Below, one piece after another: positions 41,367-54,211 of a DNA stretch of 64,000 nt. The notes below the pieces were generated by a model. That model made no database searches, was not told the DNA's origin, and was given only the letters and a program-made list of their open reading frames with translations. The DNA lies in assembly GCA_001643675.2 (NCBI GenBank), contig LSRY02000050.1:248001-312000 (forward strand), in the 5' to 3' direction. A program made the translations under genes and the position numbers. The stretch comes from Monocercomonoides exilis PA203. Its lineage: Eukaryota > Protista > Preaxostyla. The first letter of the stretch is position 1, and each line of letters starts with the position of its first letter.

Positions 41367-41638
41367 CGGAGAGAAAAAATAACCCCACCAATGAAGCTAT
41401 TTTTAACATAGATTTTTAACTTTTTTGTCTTGGCCGTATAAAAATAAAAACAACTGATTAAAAAATCACCATAAGAAGAAATTTGGAGAGGGAAAACCAG
41501 TGAAACAGATTCAAGAAATCAAAAACACAATATTTTGAATATTCTTTATCAAACATGTTTGAAAATTACCATTTACAAATAATAAAAATATGTAATTGGT
41601 TTTCTTTATTTAAAACGAAAAGAAATGCGAAAACACAT

Positions 41639-42766
41639 TCAGTTTATTTTTTTTTCACCAAAGTTTTTAATCTTGCGTAATAACAATTCGGCAATTTGAT
41701 TACACCCTTCCAAAGCCAGCGCCATCACTTTCGACAGCTGTTCCTCAGGAAGCTGTGAGGCTGATTGAAGCATCAGCACTTCCTCTGTCCCGTCCATAAT
41801 AGCCAAAGACAGCTCTGCTCCTCCGCTGTTCGTTTCGTCAGAAGTCAAATCTAAGCGAATGAAATAGAAATTCAATGAATGTGAAAACATTGAAAAATAA
41901 AAAAAAAAATAATTAAAGATAAAAGATAAAAGATAAAAATAAAAATAAAAACAATTATTTTTTTAAGAAAAAAAAACTAATTCCCAAACCGAGGAAAGGA
42001 GTATCTTCAATAAAACCCGCGTCACATGCAGTAACAAAGCCACGCAAAGGCACTCCAGCATCTACAAGAGCAAGCATTGCAGCATTGATGCATGCACACC
42101 TCGTTGCTTTGCAAGACCGAAATAAGTTTTTTTTTGTAATGAATATCAAAAATAGAAATAATATAATTTATAAATAAAAGCAATAATAATAAAGAAAATA
42201 CCCCCATCATCTTCAAGCGAAGTGATGTTAACTTCAATCACGGATCGAGGCATTTGTTCAAGAAGTATTGCAGACTCCAGAACATGATTTACAGCAATCC
42301 CAATTTCCTTTGATCGTCTGAAAAATACGCGTCAAACAACTAATTTTATTATAAATTTTAATGATAATACTTATCGTAACGTCCTGTAATTTTTCTATCC
42401 AAAGAAGAAAAAGGAGACATGAAAAAACTCGTATTTACTGAAGCTTTATCTCTACATTCAAAGGATCTAAGTTTGCTCTAAACATTATCATGAAAAATAA
42501 AAACAAAATACAAATTTATTTTTTTTTGTTTTGGAAACGCACTCAAATTAAAAATAAGAACTTTATAAAAAGCAAACAGATTTTGGTCCAGAAACTGTGG
42601 CAAGTATCTTTGTTGTTCCTTGAGTATACACAGCAGAACCATCAAAAGAAGGATAAATTCCAAGTTCACAAGTAATTAAACGCAATTCATCACTTGTTCG
42701 TCCATCACGACGAAAATTTTCTGTTAAAAATGGTTCCCTAAACATTGTAAAGGGTGAAGCACCCAT
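41639..42766 (-). CDS. RRP41: Exosome complex RNase PH-like subunit Rrp41 (Ski6/EXOSC4). Exons 42766-42578, 42477-42371, 42317-42202, 42106-41990, 41850-41639
   Basis: RRDGRTSDELR, DGSAVYTQGTTKILATVSGP, PFSSLDRK, PRSVIEVNITSLEDDG, CINAAMLALVDAGVP, DLTSDE. All four introns are GT-AG and in phase. Confidence 0.93.
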
Positions 42767-42956
42767 TATATTGTTATTCTTTTTTATTTTCTCTTTTTGT
42801 TTTTTTTTCTGTTTAATGATAACAGAATATTCTACCCCGAATGCTAATTCCGAACAATTTAAAGTATCAAAAAAGCGAGAGAAGAAACAAATAAAGAATG
42901 AGATTGTGACAAATGATGAAAGATTAAAACAAAAACAAGTGATGAAAGGACATTTG
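42767..42956. promoter_or_regulatory. Putative bidirectional promoter (<200 bp)
   Basis: Lies between the head-to-head start codons of RRP41 and the large low-complexity gene. Confidence 0.5.
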
Positions 42957-44237
42957 ATGAATAAGGGAAAATCCAAAACATCATCAAGTTTTTTATTATC
43001 ATTATTTTGATTTATTTAAACTTTCCATTGAAAATCTTGCGATTTAATTATATTGATATTTGCATGGATAAATCCTAATTCATTTTTTTTAGAAAATGCA
43101 ATCGTGGAAAGGCAGAAAATTTTTAATTCAAAAACATCATACTCCTCTGACGCTTTATCATTCAATTCACAATTGCAACCTGTTAATAAACCTCAAATTT
43201 CTTCGCAATATAAAACTTCTTTTCAAAATCATAAAAAAGCAGAAAAAGGAAATAAAATTGGATCTTCTCAAAATTTGATTTCATCATATTCATCACTCAG
43301 CAGCGGAGAAATCCAAAAGAAGCCGGTTCAAAAATCTGAAAGTGCAAAGCTTCTGCAATCCATCTCATTTCCTCAGCTTCCTTCTCTGCCAACATCCGAA
43401 GCACAAAAACCTTCACCAACAACCCAGAAATTGCCTTCCGGCGCGCTTCTGCCGTCTCCCCCGGCGGATATTCCCCCCTTCGTCGTGTTCGGAGCGTCTG
43501 ATCCCATTAATTCGCCATTGCTTGAGACAGGAAATGATTCAATAATTGAACCGGCTGTGATGCTGCCTCCACCACCAGGATTGGATTGCGATGATCTTTC
43601 GTCTCTTCAGTCTTCTTCTTCTTCTTCTCTTTCTTCTTCTTCTTCTTCTTCTTCTCATTCATCATCATCATCGTCGTCTTCTTCTTCTTCGCTTTTAAAT
43701 TCACCTTCTCATTCACCATTGCTTCAATCTCCTGTTGTTAATGTTTCTTCCTCTTCCTCTTCTTCTTCCTCTCTTCTTCCTATTCCTCTTCCTATTCTTT
43801 CTACTCCTCCTCCTCCTCTTCCTCCTCCTTCTTCTATCTCTTCTTCTTCCTCTAATTCTTCTTCCTCTTCTTCTTCCTCTTCTTCTTCTTCTTTCTTATT
43901 GCCATCTCCATCATCTTCATCATCATATTCTTCTTCTTCTCTTTCTTCCAATTCAAAAATTTCTTCTTCTTCTCCTTCTCAAAATTCTTCTTCTCCTTCT
44001 CAAAATTCTTCTTCTCTTTCTTCTTCTTCCTCATCCTCTTTTTCTCCTTCTCCTTCTCCTTCTCCTTCATCTTCTTCAAAATCTAATCATAATATCAAAA
44101 ATAACACTCAAAAACAAAACATTAACACCAAAATTTCCTCAATTTCTTCTTCAAATTCGAACAAAATTTCAAAATTTGAGAAAAATTCAAGTAAAAAATC
44201 AGAAATTAATCAAAAAACGGGAAAAAATAAAGTTATT

Positions 44238-44269
<32 letters not shown>

Positions 44270-44591
44270 TCCTTCTTCTTCTTCTAATTTAACCTATTCT
44301 TCTTATTCTTCTTTATCTCCTTCCTCTTCTTCTTCTTCTTCCTCTTCTTTAATTTCTTCTTCTTCTAAAAAATCTTCAATAATTTCTTCTTCTCCTTCTC
44401 CTTCTCCTTCTTCTTCTTCCATTTCATATTCTTCTTATTCATCTTTATCATCATCATCTTCTTCCTCCTCTTCTCCTTCTTCTTCTCTATCCTCTTCTCT
44501 TTCTTCTTCTTCTTCTTCATCATCTTCTAATAATAATAATAATAATAATTCTATATCTTCTTCTTCTTCTTCTTCATTAAATTCTTCTCTT

Positions 44592-44623
<32 letters not shown>

Positions 44624-45086
44624 CTCTTCTTCCTCTTCTTCCTCTTCTTCCTCTTCTTCCTCATCTTCCTCATCTTCCTCATCTTCCTCATCTTCCTCAT
44701 CTTCCTCATCTTCCTCATCTTCCTCATCTTCCTCATCTTCCTCATCTTCCTCCTCCTCCTCGTCCTCGTCCTCTTCTTCTTCTTCTTCTTCTTCTTCTTC
44801 TTCTTCTTCTTCTTCAAATCCTTCTTCTTCTTCCTCTATTTCTTCTGTTCCTCCTCCTTATATCCCTCCTTCTTCTCCTCTTTCTTCGAATTCTTCTTCT
44901 TCTTCTCATTCATCATCATCATCGTCGTCTTCTTCTTCTTCGCTTTTAAATTCACCTTCTCATTCACCATTGCTTCAATCTCCTGTTGTTAATGTTTCTT
45001 CCTCTTCCTCTTCCTCTTCCTCTTCTTCCTCTTCCTCTTCCTCTTCCTCTTCTTCTGTTTCTTCTCTTCCTCTTCTTCCTTTGCCT

Positions 45087-45118
<32 letters not shown>

Positions 45119-45338
45119 TTGTATTTCTTCAAATAAATCATCATCTTCCTCATCCTCTTCTTCTTCCTATTCAACTTATTCTTCCCTTCCTTCTCCTTCA
45201 TCTTCTTCTCAAAATTCTTCTCTTTCTTCTTCTTCTCCCTCTCCTTCTTCCTCTTCCTCTTCATATTCTTCTCTTTCTTCCAATTCTAAAATTTCTTCTT
45301 CTTCTCTTCTTTCCTCTACCTCTTCCTCCTCCTCTTCC

Positions 45339-45370
<32 letters not shown>

Positions 45371-46462
45371 CTCCTCCTCCTCTTCTTCTTCTCTTTCATC
45401 CAATAAAAATACATTTCCAAATGATTTTTCATCTAATTTTCTGTCAATTTTGAGCAATAAAAGCAAAAAAAATGAAGAAAATGAGAAGAAAAAAGAGAAG
45501 AAAAGAGAAGAAAATGAGAAGAAAAACGAGAAAAACAAGAAAAAAGAAGAGAAAAATGAAGAAAAAGAAGAGAAAAAGAGAGAAAAAGAGAAGAAAATAA
45601 AAGAAAATGAGAAGAAAAAGATGGAAAAAATAGAAAAAAAGAAAGAAAAAATGAGGGAAAATGAAGAAAATGAAGAAAAAAGAAGGGAAAATGATGAAAA
45701 TGATGAAAAAATGAGAGAAAATAAAGAGAAAATAAAGGAAAGAGGAAGAAAAGGAGAAAGAAGAGAAAGAAGAGAAGAAAAAGAAGAAGAAATAAAAGAA
45801 AGAGAAGAAATAAAAGAAAGAGAAGAAAGAGAAATAGAAAGAGAAGAAAGAGAAAGAAGAAAAGAAGAAGAAGAAGAAGAAGAAGAAAACCAAAAATTGA
45901 ATGAAATGAAGCAAAAAGCACAAGATTTATTAGAAAAACTGAAAATTGGAGCAAAAATAAAGGAGAAAGAAGAGAAAGAAGAGAAAGAAGAGAAAGAAGA
46001 GAAAGAAGAGAAAGAGAAGGAAAAAGAGGAAGAAGAAGAAGAGAAAGAGAAAGAAGAAGAAGAAGAAGAAGGAAAAGAAGAAGAAAAACTTGAGAAAATT
46101 GAAGAAAAAACGGAAAATTTCGGAAAGAAAAAGGAGAAAGAGGAAAAATCGATAAAAGAAGAAATAAAAGAAGAAAATGATGGAAATGATGATGAAGAGA
46201 AAGAAAAGGAGAAAGAAGAAGATAAAGAAGAAAAGGAGAAAGAAAAGGAGAAAGAAGAAGAAGAAATAAAAGAAAAAGAAGAGAAAGAAGAAGAAAATGA
46301 AGAAATAAAAGAAGAAGAATTTAAAGAAGAAGAAGAAGAATACGAAATAGGAAGATGGGAACATCCAAGTGGAGACTATTTAGGAAGCGAAGAAATAGAT
46401 TTTGGATTTATTATAGAAGAAGAAGAGGAAGAAGAGGAAGAAGAAAGAGAAGAAGAAGAAAG

Positions 46463-46493
<31 letters not shown>

Positions 46494-48158
46494 GAAAAAG
46501 AGAAAAGAAGAGAAAAGAAAGGAAAAGGAGAAGAAGAAAGGGAGAAAAAAGAGGAGGAAGAAGAAGATATTGAAGAAGAAAAAATTGAAAAGAAAGAGGA
46601 AAAGGAAGAAGAAAGAGAAGATGAAGAAGGAGAAGAAGGAGAAGGAGAAGAAGAGAAGAAGAAGAAGATTACAAAGAAGAAAAAGAAAGAGAAGAGGAAG
46701 AAGAAAGAGAAGAAGAAAGAGAAGAGAAAGAAACATTCAAAAGAAATATTAAGTGAAGAAGAAGAAAAGGAAGAAGAAGAAAAGGAAGAAGAAGAGAAAG
46801 AGAAAGAGAAAGAGGAAGATGAAAAGAAAGAAGAAGAAGAGAAAGAGGAAAAAGAAAAGGAAGAAGAAGAAGAGAAAGAGGAAAAAGAAAAGGAAGAAAA
46901 GGAAGAGGAAGAAGAAGAAGATGATGAAATAGAATTTGGAGATATCAAAATATTAAGTCATCAAATAAAATCAAAAAAACATGAAAAAAAGGAGAAAAAA
47001 GAGAAAAAAGAGAAAAAAGAGAAAAAAGAAAGAAAAGAGAAAAGAGAGAAAAAAGAGAGAAAAGAGAAAAAGAAACAAAAAATGAATGAAGAAAATGAAG
47101 AAAATGAAGAGGAAGGAGAAGAAGAGAGAAAAGAAGAGAGAGAAGAAGAGAGAGAAGAAAAAGAGGACAGAGAAGAAGAAGAAGAAGAAGAAGAAGAGGA
47201 AAGAGAAGAGAGAGAAAGAGAAAGAAATTCAAAAAGTCATTTTTCTTCTTCTCTTTCTTTTTCTTCTTCTTTTCCGTCAAATTTTGTTTCTTCATATGTT
47301 CCTTCTTCTCAATCATCATCATCATCATCATCATCTTCTTCTTCTTCTTCTCTTTCTTCTCAAAATTCTTCAAATTCTTCAAATTCTTCTTCTCTTTCTC
47401 CTCCTCTTTCTCCTCCTCTTTCTCCTTCTTCTCCTTCTCCTTCTTCTTTTTCCTCTCCTTCTCTTTCGTCAAATGATGAAAGAAACAAAAGAATAGGAAG
47501 AATTGCGAAGTTGTTGAGAGAAATAAAAAGAGAGAAAGAGAAAGAGAAAGAGAAAGAGAAAGAGAAAGGAAAAATGAAAGAGGAAGAGGAAGAGGAAGAA
47601 GAAGAAGAAGAAGAGGAAGAGGAGGAAGAGGAAGAGGAGGAGGAGGAGGAAGAAGAAGAGAAAGAGAAAGAAAAAATGAAAGAAGAAGAAGAAGAAGAAG
47701 GTGAAGAAATTGAAAAGGAAGAAATAAAAGAGAAAAAGGATGGAAAAGAAGATAATAACGAAGAAAAGGAAGGAAGAAGAGAAGGAAGAAGAGAAGAAAG
47801 AGAAGAAAGAGAAGAAAGAGAAGAGGAGGAAGAGAAAGAGGAGGAGGAAGAAGAGGAAGAAAGTAAAGAAAAATATGAAGAGAAAAAAGAAAATGAGAAA
47901 GAAGAAGAAATAGAAATTGAAAAAAGAGAAGAAAAAGGAGAAGAAGAAAAAGAGAAAGAAGATGAGATAAAAATGGAAGAAGAGAAAGAAAAAGAAAAAG
48001 AAGAGGAAGAAAAGGAAAAGGAGAAGGAGAAAGAAAAGGAGAAAGAGAAAGAAGAGGAAAGAAACGAAGAAGGAAATGAGAAAGAAAAAGAAAAAGAAGA
48101 AAATGAAAATGAAAATAAAGAAGAAAATAAAGAAGAAAAAGAAGAGAGAGAAGAAAAA

Positions 48159-48205
<47 letters not shown>

Positions 48206-51200
48206 ATTGGAAAGTTCAGAAGAAAGGAAAGAGAATGAGAGAGATGCGAAGATAAGGCAATTGATAGCAGCATTGAAGAAGAGGGCAACGTTGAGGGAGA
48301 TGAAGAAGAAAGAGGAGAAGAAAGAGGAAGAGGAAGAAGAAGAGGAAGAGGAAGAAGAAGAAGAAGAAGAGGAAGAAGAGAAGGAAGAAGAGGAAGAGGA
48401 GAGGGAAAGAAAAGAGAGGGAAAAAGAGGAAGAGGAAGAGAAGGAAGAAGAGAAGGAAGAGAAACAAAAGACAGAGAAAGAAGAAAAGGAAGAAAATGAA
48501 GGAAAGAATGAGAAGAAGACAGAGAAGAGAGAGGAAGAAGAAGGAAAGAAGAGAAGAGAAGAGAAGAAGAAAGAAGAAGTAGAAGTAGAAGAGGAAGAGG
48601 AAGAAGAGAAAAATGAAGAAATTTCATTGAAAAATTCAAAAACAACGAAGAAGAAGAAGAAGAAGAAGAAGAAAATTGTGATAATAAAAAAGAAGAAGTT
48701 GAAAAAGAGAAGAGAAGAAAGAGAAGGAGAAGAAAGAGAAAAAGAAAGAAAGAGAAAAGGAAAAGGAAAAAGAGAAAGAGAAATGGAAAGAGAAGAAGGA
48801 GAAGGAGAAGGAGAAGGAGAAGAAGGAGAAGGAGGAGAAGAGAAAGAAGAAGAATTTGAATTTGGAATGAAAGAAATACAAAAGAAGAGAAAATTGAAAC
48901 GAAAAAATGGAAACGAAAGAGAAAAAGAAGAAAGAGAAGAAAAAGATGATGACGAAGAAGAAAAAGATAAAAAAGAAAGAAAGAAAAAGATAAAGAAGAA
49001 GAAGAAGAAGAAGGTGAAGAAGAAAAGAGAAGAAGAAGAAGACGATGATGATGAAGAAGATGAAGAAGAAGAAGCTAAAAATGAAGAAAAAGGAAAAGAA
49101 AAAGAAAAAGGAAAAGGAAAAAGAGAAAGAGGAAGAAGAGGAAAAGGAATCGAAAGAAAAAGACAAAGAAACAAAAAGGAAGAAGAAGAAGAAAAAGAAA
49201 AAGAAAAAGATGAGGAAAATGAAATATTTACTCAAAAAACAGAAAATATCAAAGAAAAAAAGAAGAAAAAGAAGAAAAAGAAGGGAAAGAAGAAGAAAAT
49301 TATCAATAAACAAAATTCAAAAACAAAAAATAGACATTTAAAGAGATCAAATTCTCTTTCTTCTCTTTCCTCCTCCTCCTCCTCTTCCTCTTCCTCTTCT
49401 TCATTTTCTTCTCATTCCTCCTCCTCCTCCTCATCTTCTTCTTCTTCTTCATCTTTGCCTGGTTTGCCTGCTCTTCCTCAATTAAAAGTTGAGCAATTTA
49501 ATTCATCATCATCATCATCATCATCATCATCTTCTTCTTCTTCTTCTAATTCTTCGAATTCTTCTAATTCTTCCACTTCATCATCATCTTCCTCTTCCTC
49601 TTCCTCATTCTCTTTCTCTCCCTCTCCCTCTCCTTCTCCTTCTCTCTCTTTCTCTTCTTATTCTTCTCAAAATCCTTCAAATCTTTATCCTCTTCCTCTT
49701 CCTCAAATTTCTTCTTCTTTTCCTCCTCCTCCTCCTCCTTCTCCTTCTTCTCTTCCTCCTCCTTCCTCCTCCTCTTCTTCTACATCTCCATATCCTTATC
49801 CCTATCCCTATCCCTATCCCTATCCCTATCCTCCTTCTTCTTCACTTCCTCCTTCTTCTCTTCCTTCTCCTTCTTCCTCCTTATTCCCTTATCCTCCTCT
49901 TCATCCCTCTAAACCTCCTTCTTTTCCTTATCAACCTTATCCTTCTTCTTCTCCTCCTTTTCCTCTTTCTTCCACACTGCCTTCTCCCTCTTCTTCTTCC
50001 TCTTTCTCTTCCTCTTCTTCTTTTCCTCCTTTTAGAAATCCTTCTATTCCTTCACCAAAGCCAAAAATTTTGTCTTCTTCTCTTCCTTCTTCCTCTTCTT
50101 CTCCTTCTCTTTCCTCTCCTTCACTTTCATCACCTTCTTCTTCTTCTCCTTCCCTTTCCTCTTTTTCTTCTCCTCTTCCTTCTTCCTCGAAATTAAATTC
50201 TTCTTCTTCTCTTTCTTCTTCAAATTCACCTAATTCTCTCGAAATTTCCAATCCCAAGCAGCCAAAACAGGCAAAGATCCCAAATCCGCTAAGCAGAGTT
50301 AATCCTTTCACTCCTCCTGTTCCTGTTAGTCAAATTAATATTTCTAATCAAATAAATCCAGTTAATCCAATTAATCAAGTAAATCAAGTAAATCAAGTAA
50401 ATCAAGATAATCAAGTTAACAAAGTTAATCAAGTAAATCAATTAAATTTAGTTAATCAAATAAATAAAACAAATAAAACAAATAAAACAAATAAAACCAA
50501 TCAAACAAAAAAAATTAATCAGACGAATCTTGCTAATCAAACAAACAGTTCCAATCAATTTAACCATTCAATTCGCTCTAGTCAATCAATTCATTCAAAT
50601 CAAGTTGTTCCTCTTAATCCTTCTCATTCTCTTAATTCTTTTGATGCCTCTAATCCTTCTAATCAAATTAGTCAGTTTAACCAACAAACCAATAAAATTC
50701 TTCTTTCTCCTCCTTTCTTCGAGCCTGCTCCAAAAGCAATGCTTCGTCAAAAACAGATTTTGAACTCAACTTCTTCTTCTTCTTCTTCTTCTCCTCCTCT
50801 TTCTTCTTCTTCTTCTTCTTCTTCTTCTTCTTCTTCTTCTTCATCAATTCACAACAAAAAACAGAAATTTGATAGAAATTCTTCACATTTTTCTCAACAT
50901 TCGAGTTCTCTCAGCTCTCCTCTTTCTTCTTCTTCTCCACTCTCATCGACATCTTCTTCTCTTACTCATTCTATTTCTTCTTCTTTCCCTTCTTCTTCGT
51001 CTTCTTCTTTTCCGAATGTTTCAACCAGCCTTCAATCAGATATTTCTTCGGATAAACAAAGAAGAAATAGAATCAGAGAAAGAAGAGGAAGAGGAAAAAT
51101 GAACATGAACTCTTTTGCTTCTAATTCTTCTTCTTCTTCTTCTCTCTCTTCTTCTCCTGTTTCTTCTTCTCCTCTTTTTTCTTCGATTCCTTCTTCTTCT

Positions 51201-51587
51201 TCTTCTTCTCCACCATTTCCTCCTTCAAATCGATCATTTCGTTCTCCTTTATCTTCTTCTTATCCAACAATGTCTTCTCTTTCTTCTTCTTCTCTTTCTT
51301 CTTCTTCTCTTTCTTCTTTTTCTCACTCTTCTTCTTCATCTCCTCCTCTTTCTTCTTCACAGACACTCAATCTTTCAGCAAATGCACGTCCTTTTCAGCC
51401 AAAATTCCACTTTCAAAATTCAACAAATTTGGATAGCATAGGAGTGACAAATGTAAATGTGAAGGAAAGTTATTTAACAGAAAGTTATGTGATTGAAAGA
51501 AATGAAGGGGAAAAGGGAAAATTTGAAGGAAAAGGAAAAGGAGAAGGAGAAGAGGAAGAAGAAGCAAAAGAAGAAGCAAAAGAATAA
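42957..51587 (+). CDS. ~2,850-aa intrinsically disordered Ser/Pro- and Glu/Lys-block protein with C-terminal PAM2 motif. Exons 42957-42987 (or ATG 42942) and 43093-51587
   Basis: An 8.5-kb stop-free frame with an in-phase GT-AG intron at 42988-43092. LSANARPFQP fits the PAM2 pattern LxxxAxxFxP. Confidence 0.8.
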
Positions 51588-52769
51588 GCAAAAGAAGAAG
51601 CAAAAAAAGAAGTTAAGGAGATCATTATGCGAGATGGAAGGATGAATGAATGATTTGAATAAGAGTGAAAGAGAATAAAAAAGATGGATTTGAAAAGATA
51701 AGATTGAAATTTTGAATGAGAGAGAAAGATGAAAAGAAAATTTCATCTTCTTTTTTTATCTTTTTTTTATCTTTTTTTAATCTTTTTTTTCTTTTTTACT
51801 TAACATTCTTTAACATTTGTTTTTATGATAATTTTGCATTGCGTTGAGTTGTATTTTGAATTTTTATTTTTCACATTCAAATAATCTTTTTCAAAAAAAT
51901 TTTTCATTTTTTAACTTTTTAAAAGTTTGTGTTATTTGTTGTTAATGCTGATGTCAGTTCCAAACATTGTTTTATTATTTTCACATTTTTTTCACATTGT
52001 TTAATATTATCTCTTCTTTTTTGATAATTGCGTATGAATTTTTCATTCACACATTTTTCAGCAACAACTCAGATATGATGCATCTTGTTATACTTTCAAA
52101 ATTTCATCAATCATCAAATTAATTGATTAAATAAAAATCCAGATTTCTTCGATATTTCTAAATTCCATTCCCACTTGTTTTTTCAACAAATACATGAATG
52201 ATACTCATTTATACGAATTGGACTTCATCAATCAATCCCTTTTAAAAAGATAAAAGAAAAAAAAGAAAAGTCAAATGAAAAAGAAACATATGCTAATTTA
52301 TAATGAAAATAAAAGATATTCAATTCATCATTACAAGAAATGCTCTGTTGTCACAATAATCAAAATGAAACACCTTCGTTGGATTTATTATTTTTTTTAT
52401 CGTATTGGAAGATTTTGTCTTTTTTATCTTTCGTCTTTTTTAAGAACTGATTTTTTCAAAAATCTTTTATGTTTTTACAGACAATAAAAAATGAATCTTT
52501 GCAAAACGAAAAGAAAAGGGAATTCTCTGATTTATTTTTGAAACTTTATGAAGATTCAATTAAAACTATTTTTCAGTTGCAACAATAATGATTTTGCAAG
52601 AAAAAAATGCCTGAGTGTTTTTAATGTCAATAAGCCCTTGTTGACGTGAAGAAAAAAAATTGTCACGTCCGTCACCAGCTTTCTACTTAAATATAAATCA
52701 AAATAAAAAAAAAATTTAAAAAAAAAAAGAAAAAGAACGAAGTGGGTTTTTTTCAAAAAAAGATTTGTT

Positions 52770-54211
52770 TTAACAAAAAACCAAATAATCCTCAATATTT
52801 TTAACAAAACGATTAAAATAAACTATTCCATTTCCCAGATAGCGATAAAGAAGAATTGTGCAATCTTCGTATCCTTCTTCTTCCAGCTTTTCAAAAACTT
52901 TCTTTTTCGTTGCCTTTCTTTTCATTTCATCATTTTCATTTTTCTCCTTTCTTTTTAATCGATATGAAATATTTTTCAAAAATTTCAAGCCATCAAACAC
53001 AACGTAATCATTAAACGTTGGCTGCAGAATCTCCTCCAAAACAGCTTCCACAGCTCCTCCATTCAACAAATCTTCAACTTTCACAACTCTCTTTTCTGCT
53101 GCATTTCTCAAGGAATAAATGCAGAGATTGCAAATTACTCCATTATTCCCTTTTGCTGCTCTAAATACCTGAACAACGCTATTGATTAGCTCAACATTTT
53201 CTTCATTCTTCAATCGACAACAGTGAAAATAAATCGAGAATGTTTCGAGCCATCTCACCAATGTGAGCTCTTCTTTCGCTTCCTTTCCTCTTTCCTCTCC
53301 TTTTTTCTTCCAGTCAATGCATCTTGCTAGCTCTTCCAGTTCTCTTGCTGCTTCTCTTCCAAAATGCAACTCATTTATGATGACTTTATCCAAGCTCATG
53401 TCTTTGTGTAATCGATTAATCAAAAACTGCCAAGCACGCTGATAGGCAAGTTTTGTGAGATTTCTGTGATTCTGCTGATGTTTGATGATTTCTGTTATCT
53501 CGTTCAAATACAGTTCTTGTTTCACTTCCTAATCAGAAATTAGAAAATAGCAATAATATCAAAAAAGAAATAACAATGTTCATACGTAATACCTGTTGAT
53601 CCTGCTCAAAGCCAGCAAAGCAATTTCCACTTCCTTTTGTGCCTCCTCATTTTCCTCTTTTACCGATGCTGCTTTTAGGAGACAAGGCACGCATACGCAA
53701 AGCATTTTGGAATCTATGCAACCATTCAGAAAAACAAAACATTCGCAAAGATCAACAAAAAGTTTTTCGTTCTTTCTTTCTTTTTTCTTTTCTTCTTCAA
53801 AAATCATCTTCTCAAATCTTTCGCAAAGCGAAGATTTTTCAAAGCATGGATTCCAAACATTTTTCAGCATTTTGCAACACCCAACATAATTCAGCAGCAA
53901 AATTGCATTTTCCAATTGCATTTTCTTTTCTTCAATCATCTTGTCCATCTTGTAGAACATCATAATTGATGAAATAGACTGAAGTTCTTTTTTGTTCATT
54001 TCCTCCAATATCCCTTTCAGCTCAAGGATTTTCTGCTTCTGTTCTTCTTCATTGCAATGCTCCAACTGATCAAGCAATTCTTCCCCGATCATCAAAAATC
54101 ATAAAACACGAGATCTTTGAAAATACACAATTTAAGCAAACTCGAAAATTTCTCTGCAAGGGACGGCTCTTCAGCATCATCATTCGATTTGCATGCATTA
54201 CACACATCCAT
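52770..54211 (-). CDS. Family A copy A7, intact. Exons 54211-54142, 54079-53586, 53528-52770
   Basis: In-phase introns; 5' half nearly identical to A2. Confidence 0.85.

Noticed and set aside
43700-51750. Many long antisense and alternate-frame Phe/Leu/Ser ORFs
   Set aside because: Shadows of stop-poor low-complexity coding sequence.
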